DNA of 64,000 nt, from assembly GCA_050253075.1 (NCBI GenBank), contig JBFWJS010000002.1, positions 192,001-256,000 on the forward strand, given 5' to 3'. The DNA comes from Deferribacterales bacterium. Its GTDB lineage: Bacteria > Chrysiogenota > Deferribacteres > Deferribacterales > Geovibrionaceae. The notes beneath the pieces are model-generated. The model had not been told where the DNA came from and searched no databases. It saw only the letters and a program-made list of their open reading frames with translations. Shown piece by piece: positions 38,102 through 49,712 of the stretch (positions within the stretch are counted from its first letter, which is position 1; each line of letters opens with the position of its first letter). A program made the position numbers and the translations under genes.

Positions 38102-39451
38102 ATGGAAAATATAAACGAAACATTAAGAAAAATCCCGAAGCTGGATAAGCTTTTAGCCCGAGACGAATTCAGCGGTTTAAACACAGGGCTTTTAAAACAC
38201 GCCGCAAGGAACACTCTGGATGCACTGCGTGCTGAGATACAAAGCGGAAAAGAGCTCCCGAGCGATATTAAACTGATCGAAAGAATAATTTCAGAATATA
38301 TTAAACTTCACAAGGGGTCACTGTATAAAGTTATCAATGCCACAGGCGTCCCCATACACACCAACCTGGGCAGAAGCCCCATCAGCAGCGAAATATTAAA
38401 AGAAGCGTCTGATATATCAGCAGGTTATTCCAATCTGGAATACGATGTTGAAAAAGGCAAACGGGGCGACAGGTATCACCACGCTGCCGAATATCTCCGC
38501 ATGCTGACAGGCGCAGAGGATGCCGTCGTGGTGAATAACAACGCCTCAGCCGTATTCCTCATACTCAACACCTTTGCAAATAAGAAGAGCGTGATAGTCA
38601 GCAGGGGTGAACTGGTCGAGATAGGCGGTTCATTCCGTGTGCCCGACGTGATGAGCAGAAGCGGTGCGAAGCTCACCGAGGTCGGCACTACAAACAAGAC
38701 ACGCATAACAGACTATACAGATGCCGTCTCCGCAAGCACCGCAATGATGATGAAGGTGCATAAGAGCAACTATGAGATAGTCGGCTTCAGCGAGGAAGCA
38801 TCTCTGGACGAGATAGCATCCGCCGCAAAGGATACAGGCGTGTTGTCATACTACGATGCAGGGAGCGGGCTCTTCACAAAGACAGTCTCCGAAGCCGTAT
38901 GCGCAGACCACACAATACCCGAGATATCCGCAAAAGGATTCGACCTTATATCCTTCAGCGGGGATAAGATGCTCGGTGCATGTCAGGCGGGCATCATCAT
39001 AGGCAAGAGCGACCTGATCAAAAAGATAAAGAAAAACCCTCTGATGAGGATGCTCCGTGTGGATAAGCTGACCCTTGCCATACTACAGGCTACCTTCAGA
39101 AGATATATAGAAAACTCTCAGGCAGACATCCCCGTGAACGGGATGCTCTCCGCAGATATAGACACACTGAGGCAAAAGGCTGAAAAGCTCTCTGCCATGA
39201 TAAATGCAGAGACAGAGATCATCCCAGCAAAGTCCACCATAGGCGGAGGGAGCTGCCCTCTTTCAGAGATAGACTCGTTCGCCGTTGCGCTGATATCTGC
39301 GAAGAAGCCGACCGCAGTGGAAAAGGCTCTCCGCAGGGCCGACACACCCGTCATAGCCCGCATAGCCGACGAAAGGGTGATACTCGACATCCGCACAATA
39401 GACGAAAGCGAATTTGCAGACACGGCAAGAGCAGCAGAGGGGGCGATATGA
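38102..39451 (+). CDS. selA: L-seryl-tRNA(Sec) selenium transferase
   Basis: VINATGVPIHTNLGRS, YSNLEYD...GKRG.R, VVNNNASA, SRGELVEIGGSFRVPD and FSGDKMLG. Confidence 0.97.
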   Translation: MENINETLRKIPKLDKLLARDEFSGLNTGLLKHAARNTLDALRAEIQSGKELPSDIKLIERIISEYIKLHKGSLYKVINATGVPIHTNLGRSPISSEILKEASDISAGYSNLEYDVEKGKRGDRYHHAAEYLRMLTGAEDAVVVNNNASAVFLILNTFANKKSVIVSRGELVEIGGSFRVPDVMSRSGAKLTEVGTTNKTRITDYTDAVSASTAMMMKVHKSNYEIVGFSEEASLDEIASAAKDTGVLSYYDAGSGLFTKTVSEAVCADHTIPEISAKGFDLISFSGDKMLGACQAGIIIGKSDLIKKIKKNPLMRMLRVDKLTLAILQATFRRYIENSQADIPVNGMLSADIDTLRQKAEKLSAMINAETEIIPAKSTIGGGSCPLSEIDSFAVALISAKKPTAVEKALRRADTPVIARIADERVILDIRTIDESEFADTARAAEGAI

Positions 39452-41298
39452 CCAAGAGCGTTATATTCGGTACGGCAGGACACATAGACCACGGTAAATC
39501 CTCTCTGATAATGGCACTCACGGGGAAAGACCCAGACAGGCTGAAAGAAGAGAAAGAGAAAGGGATAACCATCGAGCTGGGCTTCGCCGGTATGAAGACC
39601 GACGAGGCAAACATCTCATTCGTAGACGTGCCCGGCCATGAAGGACTGGTAAAGACGATGATAGCAGGCTCTGTGGGGTTTGACTCCGTGCTCTTCTGCG
39701 TGGACTCCAGAGAAGGGATCCGCCCGCAGACCATAGAGCACTACAACATCATCCGCACCATAGGCGTGCGCTACGGCGTTATAGCACTGACAAAGGCAGA
39801 CATAGCCGAGCCCGAGCAGATAGAATCCACCAAGAAAGCCGTGCAGGAACTCTTCAGCAGCAGCGGCATAAAGATAACAGACATAGTGAACACCAGCATA
39901 AAAGACCCCGCCAGCATAGAAGAGCTGAAAAAAGCCATCGGCAGATGCGCAGGAAAGGTTCAGCCGAAACTGCAGAAGAGATGCTATGTGGTGCGTGCCG
40001 ACAGGGTTTTCAGCATAAAAGGGAGCGGAACTGTTATCACGGGTACATCCCTCTTCGGACAGGTAACGCCGAACACCCTGCTCTTCAACACTAAGAACAT
40101 GAGCTCTGCAAGGATAAAATCCATACAGGTGCATGACAACGCCGTCAATAAATCTGTCGCAGGGGAAAGGACAGCCCTTAACCTGCCTGACTTCACCACC
40201 GAAGACATCAGACGAGGCGACATACTCTCTGATAATAATAAAATAGTGCCCACAAAGGGGATATTCGCAAACCTGACAATGTTCGAAGGCGTATCTGAAA
40301 AGGTGAGCATAAAGCATAACAAGACCTATTCTATATTCATAGGTGCTGTCCAGTGCGAGGGGAAGGTCATCTTCTTCGACACGAAGAAACTTTCAAAATC
40401 AGAAAGTGCCTGCTGCTTCATAAAGCTGGACAAGCCCGTGACAACATACTTCGACGAGCCGTTCATCATCCGCTCAGGCAGCCCTCAGGTGAGCATCGCA
40501 GGGGGTCGAGTACTCGGACTGGAGGAGACATTCCCCCAAAGGAAATACGCAAAAGACGTGATAGAGCTGCTCAGCATACACGACTACGACAACGCCATCA
40601 GAAAGATAGTGGAAGTGTACAACTGCGGGATAAAGCTCCCCGAGCCGATACAGTTCTCGGGGCTGATACGAAACGAGCTGGCGATGAAGCTGGCTCAGCT
40701 GAATATCTCAAACTTTCAGGGATTCATACTCGATAATAAAACTCTCGAAAACTTCGTAGAGCAGACCATACAAAAACTGAATAAAAAGGGGACACTCGCC
40801 ATAGGGAAGATACAGCACTCCTGCGAAAAGCTCCCCGAGCCTGTCCGCTTCGACATCATAAACCGCATCATCGAACGTGCGCAGAAGCAGGACTATATAT
40901 TTGACGGGCAGATACTCAAAAAGAAAGAGAAGGACCCCTTTGAAGAGCTCGCAATATCTGTACTGAACCAGATGAAGACAGACCCCGCATTCTCGAACCC
41001 TGCCCAGCTTTCAGAAAAGTTAGGCGTCCCCACTCCGAAGATACAGAAGTGTCTGCAGTACCTCTGCAACAGAAGCCTTGCGAAAAACATCGAAGGGAAC
41101 AATCATGTCACAATGGAGCTCCTCAACTCCTTCGTGGAAAAGGCAACACAGGAATGCGAGGCAAACGGCTTTACGGACCTGAACGGGATGAAGAAATACT
41201 TCGACCTTTCAAGGAAGCTCCTCGTACCCCTTATGGAGCAGCTCGATAAGACAGGGCTCTTCATCAACAAAGATAATAAAAGGATGCTTAAGAAATAG
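39448..41298 (+). CDS. selB: Selenocysteine-specific elongation factor
   Basis: GTAGHIDHGKS, DRLKEEK.KGITIELGF, DVPGHE and C-terminal winged-helix SRK..VPL.E.LD..G; overlaps selA. Confidence 0.96.
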   Translation: MTKSVIFGTAGHIDHGKSSLIMALTGKDPDRLKEEKEKGITIELGFAGMKTDEANISFVDVPGHEGLVKTMIAGSVGFDSVLFCVDSREGIRPQTIEHYNIIRTIGVRYGVIALTKADIAEPEQIESTKKAVQELFSSSGIKITDIVNTSIKDPASIEELKKAIGRCAGKVQPKLQKRCYVVRADRVFSIKGSGTVITGTSLFGQVTPNTLLFNTKNMSSARIKSIQVHDNAVNKSVAGERTALNLPDFTTEDIRRGDILSDNNKIVPTKGIFANLTMFEGVSEKVSIKHNKTYSIFIGAVQCEGKVIFFDTKKLSKSESACCFIKLDKPVTTYFDEPFIIRSGSPQVSIAGGRVLGLEETFPQRKYAKDVIELLSIHDYDNAIRKIVEVYNCGIKLPEPIQFSGLIRNELAMKLAQLNISNFQGFILDNKTLENFVEQTIQKLNKKGTLAIGKIQHSCEKLPEPVRFDIINRIIERAQKQDYIFDGQILKKKEKDPFEELAISVLNQMKTDPAFSNPAQLSEKLGVPTPKIQKCLQYLCNRSLAKNIEGNNHVTMELLNSFVEKATQECEANGFTDLNGMKKYFDLSRKLLVPLMEQLDKTGLFINKDNKRMLKK

Positions 41299-41301
41299 AT
41301 T

Positions 41302-43278
41302 ATGAGTTTTGAACTTGTATCAGACTATCAGCCTGCGGGCGACCAGCCCGAGGCAATCAGATCGCTAGTCGAAAACTATAAATCGGGCGAGCGGGCACAG
41401 GTTCTGCTCGGCGTTACCGGCTCCGGTAAAACATATACGATGGCAAACGTCGTACAGCAGCTTAACGTACCGACAATTGTAATCGCACATAACAAAACCC
41501 TCGCCGCACAGCTTTACGGCGAATTCAAAAAGTTCTTCCCCAACAATGCCGTGGAATACTTCGTCAGCTATTACGACTATTACCAGCCCGAAGCGTACGT
41601 CCCCGCCAGCGACACCTTCATAGAAAAAGATTCTTCCATAAACGAAGACATAGATAAACTCCGCCACTCGGCTACACGCAGTCTGCTCGAAAGACGTGAC
41701 GTGCTGATCGTGGCATCCGTCTCCTGCATATACGGTCTCGGTTCACCGGAGGCGTACAGCGGAATGCTCGTAACCCTCGAGGTTAACGACGATGTAGAGA
41801 TGGAAAGTGTCCTGAAAAAACTGGTAGAGATACAGTACGAGCGAAACGAATACGACTTTCACCGCGGCACATACAGAGTGAAGGGGGACACAATAGAGGT
41901 CTTCCCCGCACACGAAGACGACCTTGCATACCGCATAGAGTTCTTCGGAGACGAGGTAGACCGCATAAGCGAATTTGACCCGCTGACGGGCAAGACTATA
42001 AAGGACCGCCCGAAGGTAGCAATATATCCGAACACCCACTATGTGACCACAAGCAACACCATCGAAGACGCCGTGAAAATAATCAAAAAAGAGCTCTTTG
42101 AAAGGTGTGCAGAATTTGAGAGTCAGAACAAACTGTTAGAGTCGCAGAGGCTGACACAGCGCACAATGTTTGACATAGAAATGATGCTGGAGACAGGCTA
42201 TTGCAACGGCGTGGAGAACTATTCCAGAATACTGGAGAACCGCCCGCCGGGGTCGACCCCGCCTACCCTCCTGAGTTACCTGCCGAAGGATGCTCTCGTC
42301 ATCATAGACGAATCCCACATGACAGTTCCGCAGATACGGGGGATGTATAACGGCGACCGCAGCAGAAAGACAACACTCGTGGAATACGGCTTCCGCCTGC
42401 CAGCGGCTCTGGACAACCGCCCTCTGAAATTCGAGGAATTCAAAGAAAGGGTGAACCGTGTGATGTATGTATCCGCCACCCCGGACGACTATGAGCTGAA
42501 CGACAGCATGGGGCTCCTCGCAGAACAAATCATCCGCCCTACAGGGCTTATGGATCCGCCTATAGAGATACGTCCGTCCAGAAATCAGGTGGACGACCTC
42601 TACAACGAGATACGAAAGATAACCGAAAAAGGCGAGCGTGTCCTTGTCACCACCCTGACAAAAAGGATGTCGGAAGAGCTCAGCAAATATTACGACGACC
42701 TGGGCGTGCGGGTGAAGTATCTGCACTCTGAAATAGATACACTTGAAAGGATACGAATCATCAAACAGCTCCGCATGGGCGAGTTCGATGTTCTCGTGGG
42801 GATAAACCTACTCCGTGAAGGTCTCGACATCCCCGAAGTTAGCCTCGTCGCCGTCTTAGATGCGGATAAAGAGGGCTTCCTCCGTTCCGAAAAATCACTG
42901 ATTCAGACCATAGGACGTGCCGCCCGTAACGTAAACGGCAGGGCTATATTCTACGCAGATAAGATAACACGCAGCATGCAGTCTGCTCTAGACGAGACAA
43001 AACGACGCCGTGAAAAGCAGATGGCGTATAACGAAGAGCATAATATCACACCGACAACCATAAAGAACGAAATCAGCAATATTCTTGAATCTATTTATGA
43101 AAAAGACTACGTAACGGTTGATATTACCGACGATATAGGTATAACATTATCGGGGCAGAGAGAAAAAGATATCGAAGCCCTCAAAAAGAAGATGCACGAA
43201 CACGCTATGAACCTCGAATTCGAAAAAGCTGCCAAACTTCGGGACATGCTTTTCGAATATACATCGGGTAAAAAATAA
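41302..43278 (+). CDS. uvrB: Excinuclease ABC subunit B
   Basis: [36 protein letters not shown] and the C-terminal UVR domain. Confidence 0.98.
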   Translation: MSFELVSDYQPAGDQPEAIRSLVENYKSGERAQVLLGVTGSGKTYTMANVVQQLNVPTIVIAHNKTLAAQLYGEFKKFFPNNAVEYFVSYYDYYQPEAYVPASDTFIEKDSSINEDIDKLRHSATRSLLERRDVLIVASVSCIYGLGSPEAYSGMLVTLEVNDDVEMESVLKKLVEIQYERNEYDFHRGTYRVKGDTIEVFPAHEDDLAYRIEFFGDEVDRISEFDPLTGKTIKDRPKVAIYPNTHYVTTSNTIEDAVKIIKKELFERCAEFESQNKLLESQRLTQRTMFDIEMMLETGYCNGVENYSRILENRPPGSTPPTLLSYLPKDALVIIDESHMTVPQIRGMYNGDRSRKTTLVEYGFRLPAALDNRPLKFEEFKERVNRVMYVSATPDDYELNDSMGLLAEQIIRPTGLMDPPIEIRPSRNQVDDLYNEIRKITEKGERVLVTTLTKRMSEELSKYYDDLGVRVKYLHSEIDTLERIRIIKQLRMGEFDVLVGINLLREGLDIPEVSLVAVLDADKEGFLRSEKSLIQTIGRAARNVNGRAIFYADKITRSMQSALDETKRRREKQMAYNEEHNITPTTIKNEISNILESIYEKDYVTVDITDDIGITLSGQREKDIEALKKKMHEHAMNLEFEKAAKLRDMLFEYTSGKK

Positions 43279-43320
43279 ACTAATCCGCCGAAATGCGGTC
43301 TGTATATAAAGGTAAATATA

Positions 43321-45570
43321 ATGTTTAAGAAGATATTCAGATATTTTATGATATTCTCCATCGTCATGGCGCTCACAGTGTCCGGCGGTGTTTTCGGATA
43401 CATCTATAAGCTCAGCCGTGAGCTCCCCTCCATCAAAGACCTGAAAGACTATGAGTACAAACGCCCGACAATCATCTATGACCGTCACGGCGACACCATA
43501 GCAGAGCTGGGCGCAGAGCGCAGATATCCTCTGGACATAGCACAGATACCTGAAAACCTGCAAAACGCAGTGATAGCCGTCGAAGACGCAAGGTTCTATG
43601 ACCACGGCGGTGTCGACCTCATGGGTATCCTCCGTGCATTCATCACAAACGTGAAGGCGGGACGTGTCGTTGAAGGGGGCTCGACCCTCACACAGCAGCT
43701 GGTGAAGATCATTTACCTCACCCCTGAAAAGAAACTGAAAAGAAAAGTGAAAGAGGCGATACTCGCCTATCGTATAGATAAAGCACTATCAAAGCAGAAG
43801 ATACTCGAAATGTACCTTAATCAGGTATACTTCGGTCGCGGCGCATACGGTGTCGAAGCGGCAGCGGTGAACTACTATGGTAAATCAGTGGGAGACCTCA
43901 CCCTCGCAGAGTGCGCAATGATAGCAGGCATCCCGAAAGCCCCCGGCATATACGCACCACACCTGAACCCTGATAAGGCTATAAAAAGGCGTAACCACGT
44001 ACTTTTCAGAATGTATGAGACAGGGCACATCAGCGAGGACGAATATCAGAAAACATCCCTTGTGGATTCTGTGATAATAGACCGCATCCCGCCTAAGAAC
44101 ATGGCAGCAGGATACTTTGTAGACTTCATCATCCGCCACCTGAAAGATGTGGAGGGGATAGAGGACGTGGACAATGCAGGGCTTAATGTTTACACCACCC
44201 TCGACCTCGGCATGCAGGCAAAGGCTGAAGAAGCCGTTAAGGCGAACCTGCTGGAGATGACAGAGGCGCTCGGCTTCAGAGGCGCAATAGCAAAGTATAA
44301 CCCCGAGGAGAATAACCTCGAGGAACTGCTCGAGATGCAGAAGGACTATCTGAAAGAGCTCGGCTTTGAAAGGGCTCTGGTCACAAAGGTGGAAGAGGAC
44401 GATGTATATATCAAAACGCTCAACGGCGACGGCAGCATGCACATCACAGACAACAGATGGGCACGCCCAGCAGACTCAAACTACTACAGAAACACAGACT
44501 TCCGCAGGATACTGGATAAAAACGACATAATATACGTCACACTCAAAGACGAAGAACATAAAAAATACCGCATGGCACAGGAGCCCGATCTGGAATCTGC
44601 GCTACTCTCCGCAAACCCGCTGGACGGCGAGATATACGCCATGGTGGGCGGATTCGACTATCGTAAGTCTATGTTCAACAGAGCATTTCAGGCAAAGCGT
44701 CAGGTAGGCTCGCTCTTTAAGCCTATCGTATACAGCACCGCTCTGGAAAACGGTATGAACATTATGACAGAGATACTCGACGCACCCGTCATCAAAGAGA
44801 TGGACGAAGAAGGTGAATACTGGAAACCTGAGAACTACTCTGGCAAGTTCTTTGGTCATACCACACTGAAAGAGGCTCTGACCAAATCAAGAAACCTTGT
44901 GACCATCAAAGTCGCCGAAAAAATAGGCATCGGACGCATCATCAGCCAGGCACGTAAATTCGGCATTCAGGAAGAGCTCAACCGTGACCTCTCCGTATCC
45001 ATCGGTTCAGGTGCAGTGTCGCTTATGGAGATGGTTTACGCATTCTCCACATTCCCGAATCTGGGCGAAAGACACGAGCCCTACTACATCACAAAGATAG
45101 AAAACTCCAAAGGCGAGATAGTCGCCGAATATAAACCAAGCCAGCCGATAAGAGTGCTGAGCGAAGGGACAGCGAGCATCATGGTTGATATGATGCGCAG
45201 CGTTATCGTGAACGGCACAGGTAAAAGAGCCCTCGTGATACCTAAGCTGATAGCGGGTAAAACAGGGACCACAAACGACAACAAAGACACATGGTTCGTC
45301 GGCTACATGCCCGACCTTGTGAGCGGCGTATGGGTCGGCTTTGACGACTTCCGCCCTATCGGCAAATGGCGCACAGGCTCAAACACTGCGCTCCCTGCAT
45401 GGGTAAAGTTTACTCAGGGCGTACATGAAAACTTCGGCAATATGCTTTTCCCTGTGGCAAAAGATGTGGCATACTTCCGTGTGGACGCAGAATCCCACGA
45501 GATAACAAACAGCTTCAGCGGCGAATACACCTTCGAACCGTTTGAAAAGCCAATGTCCATGACGGAGTAA
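43321..45570 (+). CDS. mrcA: Penicillin-binding protein 1A (bifunctional)
   Basis: EDARFYDHGG and GGSTLTQQL (glycosyltransferase); SLFK, SRN and KTG (transpeptidase). Confidence 0.93.
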   Translation: MFKKIFRYFMIFSIVMALTVSGGVFGYIYKLSRELPSIKDLKDYEYKRPTIIYDRHGDTIAELGAERRYPLDIAQIPENLQNAVIAVEDARFYDHGGVDLMGILRAFITNVKAGRVVEGGSTLTQQLVKIIYLTPEKKLKRKVKEAILAYRIDKALSKQKILEMYLNQVYFGRGAYGVEAAAVNYYGKSVGDLTLAECAMIAGIPKAPGIYAPHLNPDKAIKRRNHVLFRMYETGHISEDEYQKTSLVDSVIIDRIPPKNMAAGYFVDFIIRHLKDVEGIEDVDNAGLNVYTTLDLGMQAKAEEAVKANLLEMTEALGFRGAIAKYNPEENNLEELLEMQKDYLKELGFERALVTKVEEDDVYIKTLNGDGSMHITDNRWARPADSNYYRNTDFRRILDKNDIIYVTLKDEEHKKYRMAQEPDLESALLSANPLDGEIYAMVGGFDYRKSMFNRAFQAKRQVGSLFKPIVYSTALENGMNIMTEILDAPVIKEMDEEGEYWKPENYSGKFFGHTTLKEALTKSRNLVTIKVAEKIGIGRIISQARKFGIQEELNRDLSVSIGSGAVSLMEMVYAFSTFPNLGERHEPYYITKIENSKGEIVAEYKPSQPIRVLSEGTASIMVDMMRSVIVNGTGKRALVIPKLIAGKTGTTNDNKDTWFVGYMPDLVSGVWVGFDDFRPIGKWRTGSNTALPAWVKFTQGVHENFGNMLFPVAKDVAYFRVDAESHEITNSFSGEYTFEPFEKPMSMTE

Positions 45571-45572
45571 CC

Positions 45573-46532
45573 ATGCAAGACTGCCAGTTCAACAACCTAC
45601 GTTCTGCTTATTTCGAAATATGCGGCGGAAAGATATCAGACATGAACATCGCCGGTGAAAAGTTCCTCCAGACAGGCATAGAGGCAGGGATAAAGAACTT
45701 TAAGCAGTACATCGTGGACGAGCTGAACGCCGGCAAGAACATGATCAAGATACAGCATAAGCTGTTCGGCATTAAGACCATAGACCCGGGACCTCCCGTC
45801 CGCAGGGTGCTAATCATAAACGTGGACGAATTCAGACCAAATCTCGAAGAGCTCTTTGACATCAGCTCATTTCAGCATGAGATGAAGAACCCGCTCACCG
45901 TGATAGACGGCACATCCCAGCTAATCCTCGCAAAGAGCAGCGACGAATACATCAAAAAGTGCGCAGGCATCATCCTGAACGAGACAGAGCGCATAAAACA
46001 TATAATGCAGAATATAAGAATGCTGTCTGAGATGGAGATAGAATACTCCGAATTCAGCCTGCTCGCATTCCTTGAAGAGCTGAAGGATTCGCTCTCTGTA
46101 CTCTTCCCCGACATAAAGCTGGCTGTACAGATAGAACCCTCACTGGGCAATATCACCGCAGACAGGAAGAAGCTGTTCATGGCTGTGAACAACATTATAA
46201 AGAACGCATGTGAAGCTCAGAAGGAGGGAACAATATCTATGTATCTCTCCATAGACCCTACCATAAAGTACATTAATAAAAAGCGCGGGCTGGCTCTTCC
46301 GATGATGAAGATATCCATAAACGACAGCGGCCCGGGCATCACTGAGGAAACTCTCAGTAAGCTCTTTACGCCTTTCTTCTCTACGAAAAACAGGGGGACA
46401 GGTCTGGGGCTGGTAATTGCGAAGGAGATAACCGAGAAACATAAGGGGCGGATCGAAGTATCGTCCACCCCGGGTCAAGGTACATCTTTTATGATCTATA
46501 TCCCTTTGGTGTCTATAGACCTTTTTTCTTAA
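45573..46532 (+). CDS. Cytoplasmic sensor histidine kinase (NtrB-like core)
   Basis: HEMKNPL H-box, [10 protein letters not shown]-box, [15 protein letters not shown] and GTGLGL. No TM helix. Confidence 0.92.
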   Translation: MQDCQFNNLRSAYFEICGGKISDMNIAGEKFLQTGIEAGIKNFKQYIVDELNAGKNMIKIQHKLFGIKTIDPGPPVRRVLIINVDEFRPNLEELFDISSFQHEMKNPLTVIDGTSQLILAKSSDEYIKKCAGIILNETERIKHIMQNIRMLSEMEIEYSEFSLLAFLEELKDSLSVLFPDIKLAVQIEPSLGNITADRKKLFMAVNNIIKNACEAQKEGTISMYLSIDPTIKYINKKRGLALPMMKISINDSGPGITEETLSKLFTPFFSTKNRGTGLGLVIAKEITEKHKGRIEVSSTPGQGTSFMIYIPLVSIDLFS

Positions 46533-48156
46533 ACAGTTCTACGTATTTTCTATCTTCAACGAGGATGTGATTCTTCACCCAGTTTTCAAGGAAACTGATA
46601 ACGTTGAATCCGATGACAGCCTCACCGTTGAGAATCTTCTGCTTAAGGTCAACTGCCGTATTTTTAAGATCTGTGTGGATCTTGATATGCTGTTTTTGAT
46701 TTTCATATCCGTATTTGGCAAACATCTCTTCTTCGCTGTTGAAGTGATAAACAGTATATTCCACCAGTTTATCAAGGATGCTGAGGAGCACTTCGTCGCC
46801 TCTGTTGTCTTTCATAGCGTCGTAGAGCCTGTTTATCAGTTTAACGAGCTCTTTGTGCTGATCGTCGAACATTTTAACACCGAGCTCCAGCTCAGCAGAC
46901 CACGGCATGAACTCTTTCATCTTATCAGATTTAAATCCTGACGCCTTCTTTGTGATGGTGTCTGCAAGCCCTGTGAGGTTTTCACCCGCCATGAAGGATT
47001 CCTCGACGACCTTAACGATGTCTACAGTCTGGGCGCTGATAGCAGCCGTGCTGGATGTCACATCGGAGAGAGCGAGGGACTCTTCTTCCTTAGAGCGGAC
47101 GATACCGTCTATCTGCTCGGAAACATTTCTGATGTATTCGTTTATCTCTTCGATAGCTTCAACAGAGCTGTCGGAGAGGCTTATACCCGTATTTACCTTA
47201 TTAACGGAGGACTGAACCGAGTTGTTCACTTCATTAATGCGTTTCTGCAGGTCTTTGATAACATCTTCGATCTGCTTTGTGGAGTCGGATGTCTTACCGG
47301 CGAGCTTGCGTACTTCGTCAGCTACTACTGCGAAACCTCGTCCGTGCTCTCCCGCTCTGGCCGCCTCGATGGCAGCGTTAAGTGCGAGGAGGTTTGTCTG
47401 CTCGGCTATCTCGTTGATAGCGACGACTATCTGTCCGATCTCGTGTGACTGAACCTGAAATCCGTGCACCACATCAACGATAGAGTTGATACCCGTGGAT
47501 ATTTCCTCCATGCTGTGTCTGCTTTCGGTGATGACGTTCTTGCCTTTTATAACCTGCTCTTCGCATCCTCTGATGCTGTCGGAGGAGTTGCGGCACATAT
47601 CAAGAACATTCTGCCCTGTGGCATTCAGTTCCTCTGCAGCGGAGCTCACGCTCACGACGCTGTCGTTAACATGGTTTACCATCTCGTTGACGGAGCCGTA
47701 TATCTCTATGAGGTTTTTTGATGCGCTGCCGACGTTTGTCGAAGCGAAGTAAAAGCTGGCGACAGTGCCTTCCATCTTACTGATCATGCTGTTTACCAGC
47801 TTGCCCAGTTCACACAGTCCGCCTTTGGCGCTGATGTCCACTCTGGCAGACAGATTCCCCTTCTCAACCTTGCCGATAACATCGACGATACCAAAGAGGC
47901 TTTTGAGAAATCCTTTATTAAAGTAGTAGGTAACTGCCAGGGCTATGATAAGCCCGAGTAAAAGCAGAACCGAAGAATTCATAAGACATTTCCCAAGAGC
48001 ATCATTGATAAATGTCTGAACCGTTTCCGGTGACATTTCTGAAGCTTTAGTAAGAGTCCGATAGTTTATAACGAAGATTGCGAATGCTATTATCCCCTGA
48101 AATAACAAAACTATAACAATCTTGGGCATAAAGCCCTTACAATGTTTTGTTTCCAT
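46513..48156 (-). CDS. Methyl-accepting chemotaxis protein with C-terminal hemerythrin domain (DcrH-like)
   Basis: MCP signature plus W....ELG...DDQHKEL, HFNSEE, HIKIH and [10 protein letters not shown]. Confidence 0.93.
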   Translation of the reverse strand: METKHCKGFMPKIVIVLLFQGIIAFAIFVINYRTLTKASEMSPETVQTFINDALGKCLMNSSVLLLLGLIIALAVTYYFNKGFLKSLFGIVDVIGKVEKGNLSARVDISAKGGLCELGKLVNSMISKMEGTVASFYFASTNVGSASKNLIEIYGSVNEMVNHVNDSVVSVSSAAEELNATGQNVLDMCRNSSDSIRGCEEQVIKGKNVITESRHSMEEISTGINSIVDVVHGFQVQSHEIGQIVVAINEIAEQTNLLALNAAIEAARAGEHGRGFAVVADEVRKLAGKTSDSTKQIEDVIKDLQKRINEVNNSVQSSVNKVNTGISLSDSSVEAIEEINEYIRNVSEQIDGIVRSKEEESLALSDVTSSTAAISAQTVDIVKVVEESFMAGENLTGLADTITKKASGFKSDKMKEFMPWSAELELGVKMFDDQHKELVKLINRLYDAMKDNRGDEVLLSILDKLVEYTVYHFNSEEEMFAKYGYENQKQHIKIHTDLKNTAVDLKQKILNGEAVIGFNVISFLENWVKNHILVEDRKYVELFKKKGL

Positions 48157-48294
48157 CTTGTTCCCCTTGAAAAATAAACGAAATAATTAGAGCCAATATT
48201 ACATAAAAAACTTTCCTATGTAAATATATGCTTTATACTGAACAAGTAATATTTACAAAATTTGCAACATAAATACAAATAACGAGGAAAAAGT

Positions 48295-48615
48295 ATGCCT
48301 TTCGTCAATTTAGAAAACATAGAGGGGAAAAAAATCATCGAGGGAGCAGAGGCTAAGTTTGTTCATTCCGAGGGGATGACATTCGCAACATGGAGCTTCA
48401 CCGCAGGGGCAAAACTCCCCGAGCACTCGCACCCCCACGAACAGATATCCAGACTGATCAAAGGTCAGTTTGAGCTGACTGTGGACGGCGAGCCTAGGAT
48501 ACTTACCGAAAACGACATAGCAGTCATCCCGTCAGGAGCTGTCCACAGCGGAAGAGCGATATCCGACTGTATGGTCATAGACGTTTTCCACCCTGTCAGA
48601 GAAGACTACAGATAA
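48295..48615 (+). CDS. Cupin domain protein
   Basis: PEHSHPHEQ..GQFE and IPSGAVH; VIDVFHPVREDY. Confidence 0.9.
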   Translation: MPFVNLENIEGKKIIEGAEAKFVHSEGMTFATWSFTAGAKLPEHSHPHEQISRLIKGQFELTVDGEPRILTENDIAVIPSGAVHSGRAISDCMVIDVFHPVREDYR

Positions 48616-48616
48616 C

Positions 48617-49603
48617 CTATATTGCGACGACAATCCTGCCTGAGAGCTCGCCTTTCAATATCTGTGACAGGTACTTAGGCAGGTCGTCGAGAGATATCTC
48701 CTGAGAGAGTTCAGCGATGTTTTCCACACGGAGATCATCCGCTATCCGCCCCCATACAGCGGTCTTTTCAGCTATCGGGAGCTCTACGGAATCCACACCG
48801 AGAAGCGATACACCCCTGAGGATAAAAGGGAAAACTGTCATGTTAAGCTCGTGGGACTGTGTCAGCCCGCATGTGGTGACAGCACCGCCGTATGCCGCAG
48901 TTTTCAGAGCTGTGGCGAGTATGTTCCCGCCGACGGTATCCACAGCACCTGCATAGATGCCTTTCAGCATAGGTCTGCCCGACTCATCGTTCACATCGGC
49001 TCTGCCGACTATTCTCTCCGCACCGAGGGATTTCAGAAAATCAGCCTTATCCGCCTTTCCCGTCGCAGCAGCTACCTTAAACCCGAGCCCCGCAAGCATG
49101 GCAACAGCCACAGAGCCGACACCGCCTGTAGCACCGGTTACAAGCACCTCGCCCTTCTCAGGCGTAACGCCGTGGTTCAGAAGTTTTATGACAGACAGAG
49201 CAGAGGTGAACCCCGCCGTGCCGTATATCATTGCCTCTTTCAGAGTGAGCTTTTCGGGCTTTTTCACGACCCAGCCTGCGGGTACACGGATGTATTCAGC
49301 ATAACCTCCGTCTGTGTTCATGCCGAGGTCATAGCCTGTGACGATCACCTCGTCGCCTTCGTTAAATGCAGGGTCAGACGATTCCTCCACAACACCTGCG
49401 GCGTCTATGCCCGGAGTGTGTGGATAATGCCTTGTCACTCCCTTGTTGCCTGCGCCGGAAAGCCCGTCTTTATAGTTTATGGATGAATACTTTACTTTTA
49501 TTAGAACGTCCCCTTCAGGGAGATCGCTGATGGTTTTCTCTTTGATATTTGATACGTATTTGCCGTCGATTTCTTCTGTAACCAGAGCTCTGAATGTTTT
49601 CAT
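48617..49603 (-). CDS. YhdH/YhfP (AcuI-like) NADPH quinone / acryloyl-CoA oxidoreductase
   Basis: YSSINYKD, PGIDAAG, GTAGFTSAL, VTGATGGVGS and PFILRGVSLLGVDS. Start ATG 49603 with GGAGG. Confidence 0.92.
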   Translation of the reverse strand: MKTFRALVTEEIDGKYVSNIKEKTISDLPEGDVLIKVKYSSINYKDGLSGAGNKGVTRHYPHTPGIDAAGVVEESSDPAFNEGDEVIVTGYDLGMNTDGGYAEYIRVPAGWVVKKPEKLTLKEAMIYGTAGFTSALSVIKLLNHGVTPEKGEVLVTGATGGVGSVAVAMLAGLGFKVAAATGKADKADFLKSLGAERIVGRADVNDESGRPMLKGIYAGAVDTVGGNILATALKTAAYGGAVTTCGLTQSHELNMTVFPFILRGVSLLGVDSVELPIAEKTAVWGRIADDLRVENIAELSQEISLDDLPKYLSQILKGELSGRIVVAI

Positions 49604-49681
49604 AACTGCCTCCGTATGTAAATATAATAACATTCGCAGGTTTAAAAAGAAATATGTGTAATCAATTAATAGATAATGAAG

Positions 49682-49705
49682 AAAAGGGGCACATAAAGTG
49701 CCCCG
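49682..49705 (-). terminator. Intrinsic terminator of purC
   Basis: aaaa-ggggcac-ataaa-gtgcccc. Confidence 0.7.
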
Positions 49706-49712
49706 TGTGTGA

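Noticed and set aside
38102..41298. Hidden selenoprotein genes near selAB
   Set aside because: The Cys-motif proteins I checked use Cys codons and appear full length. I found no in-frame UGA with continued homology, though this was by eye and not exhaustive.
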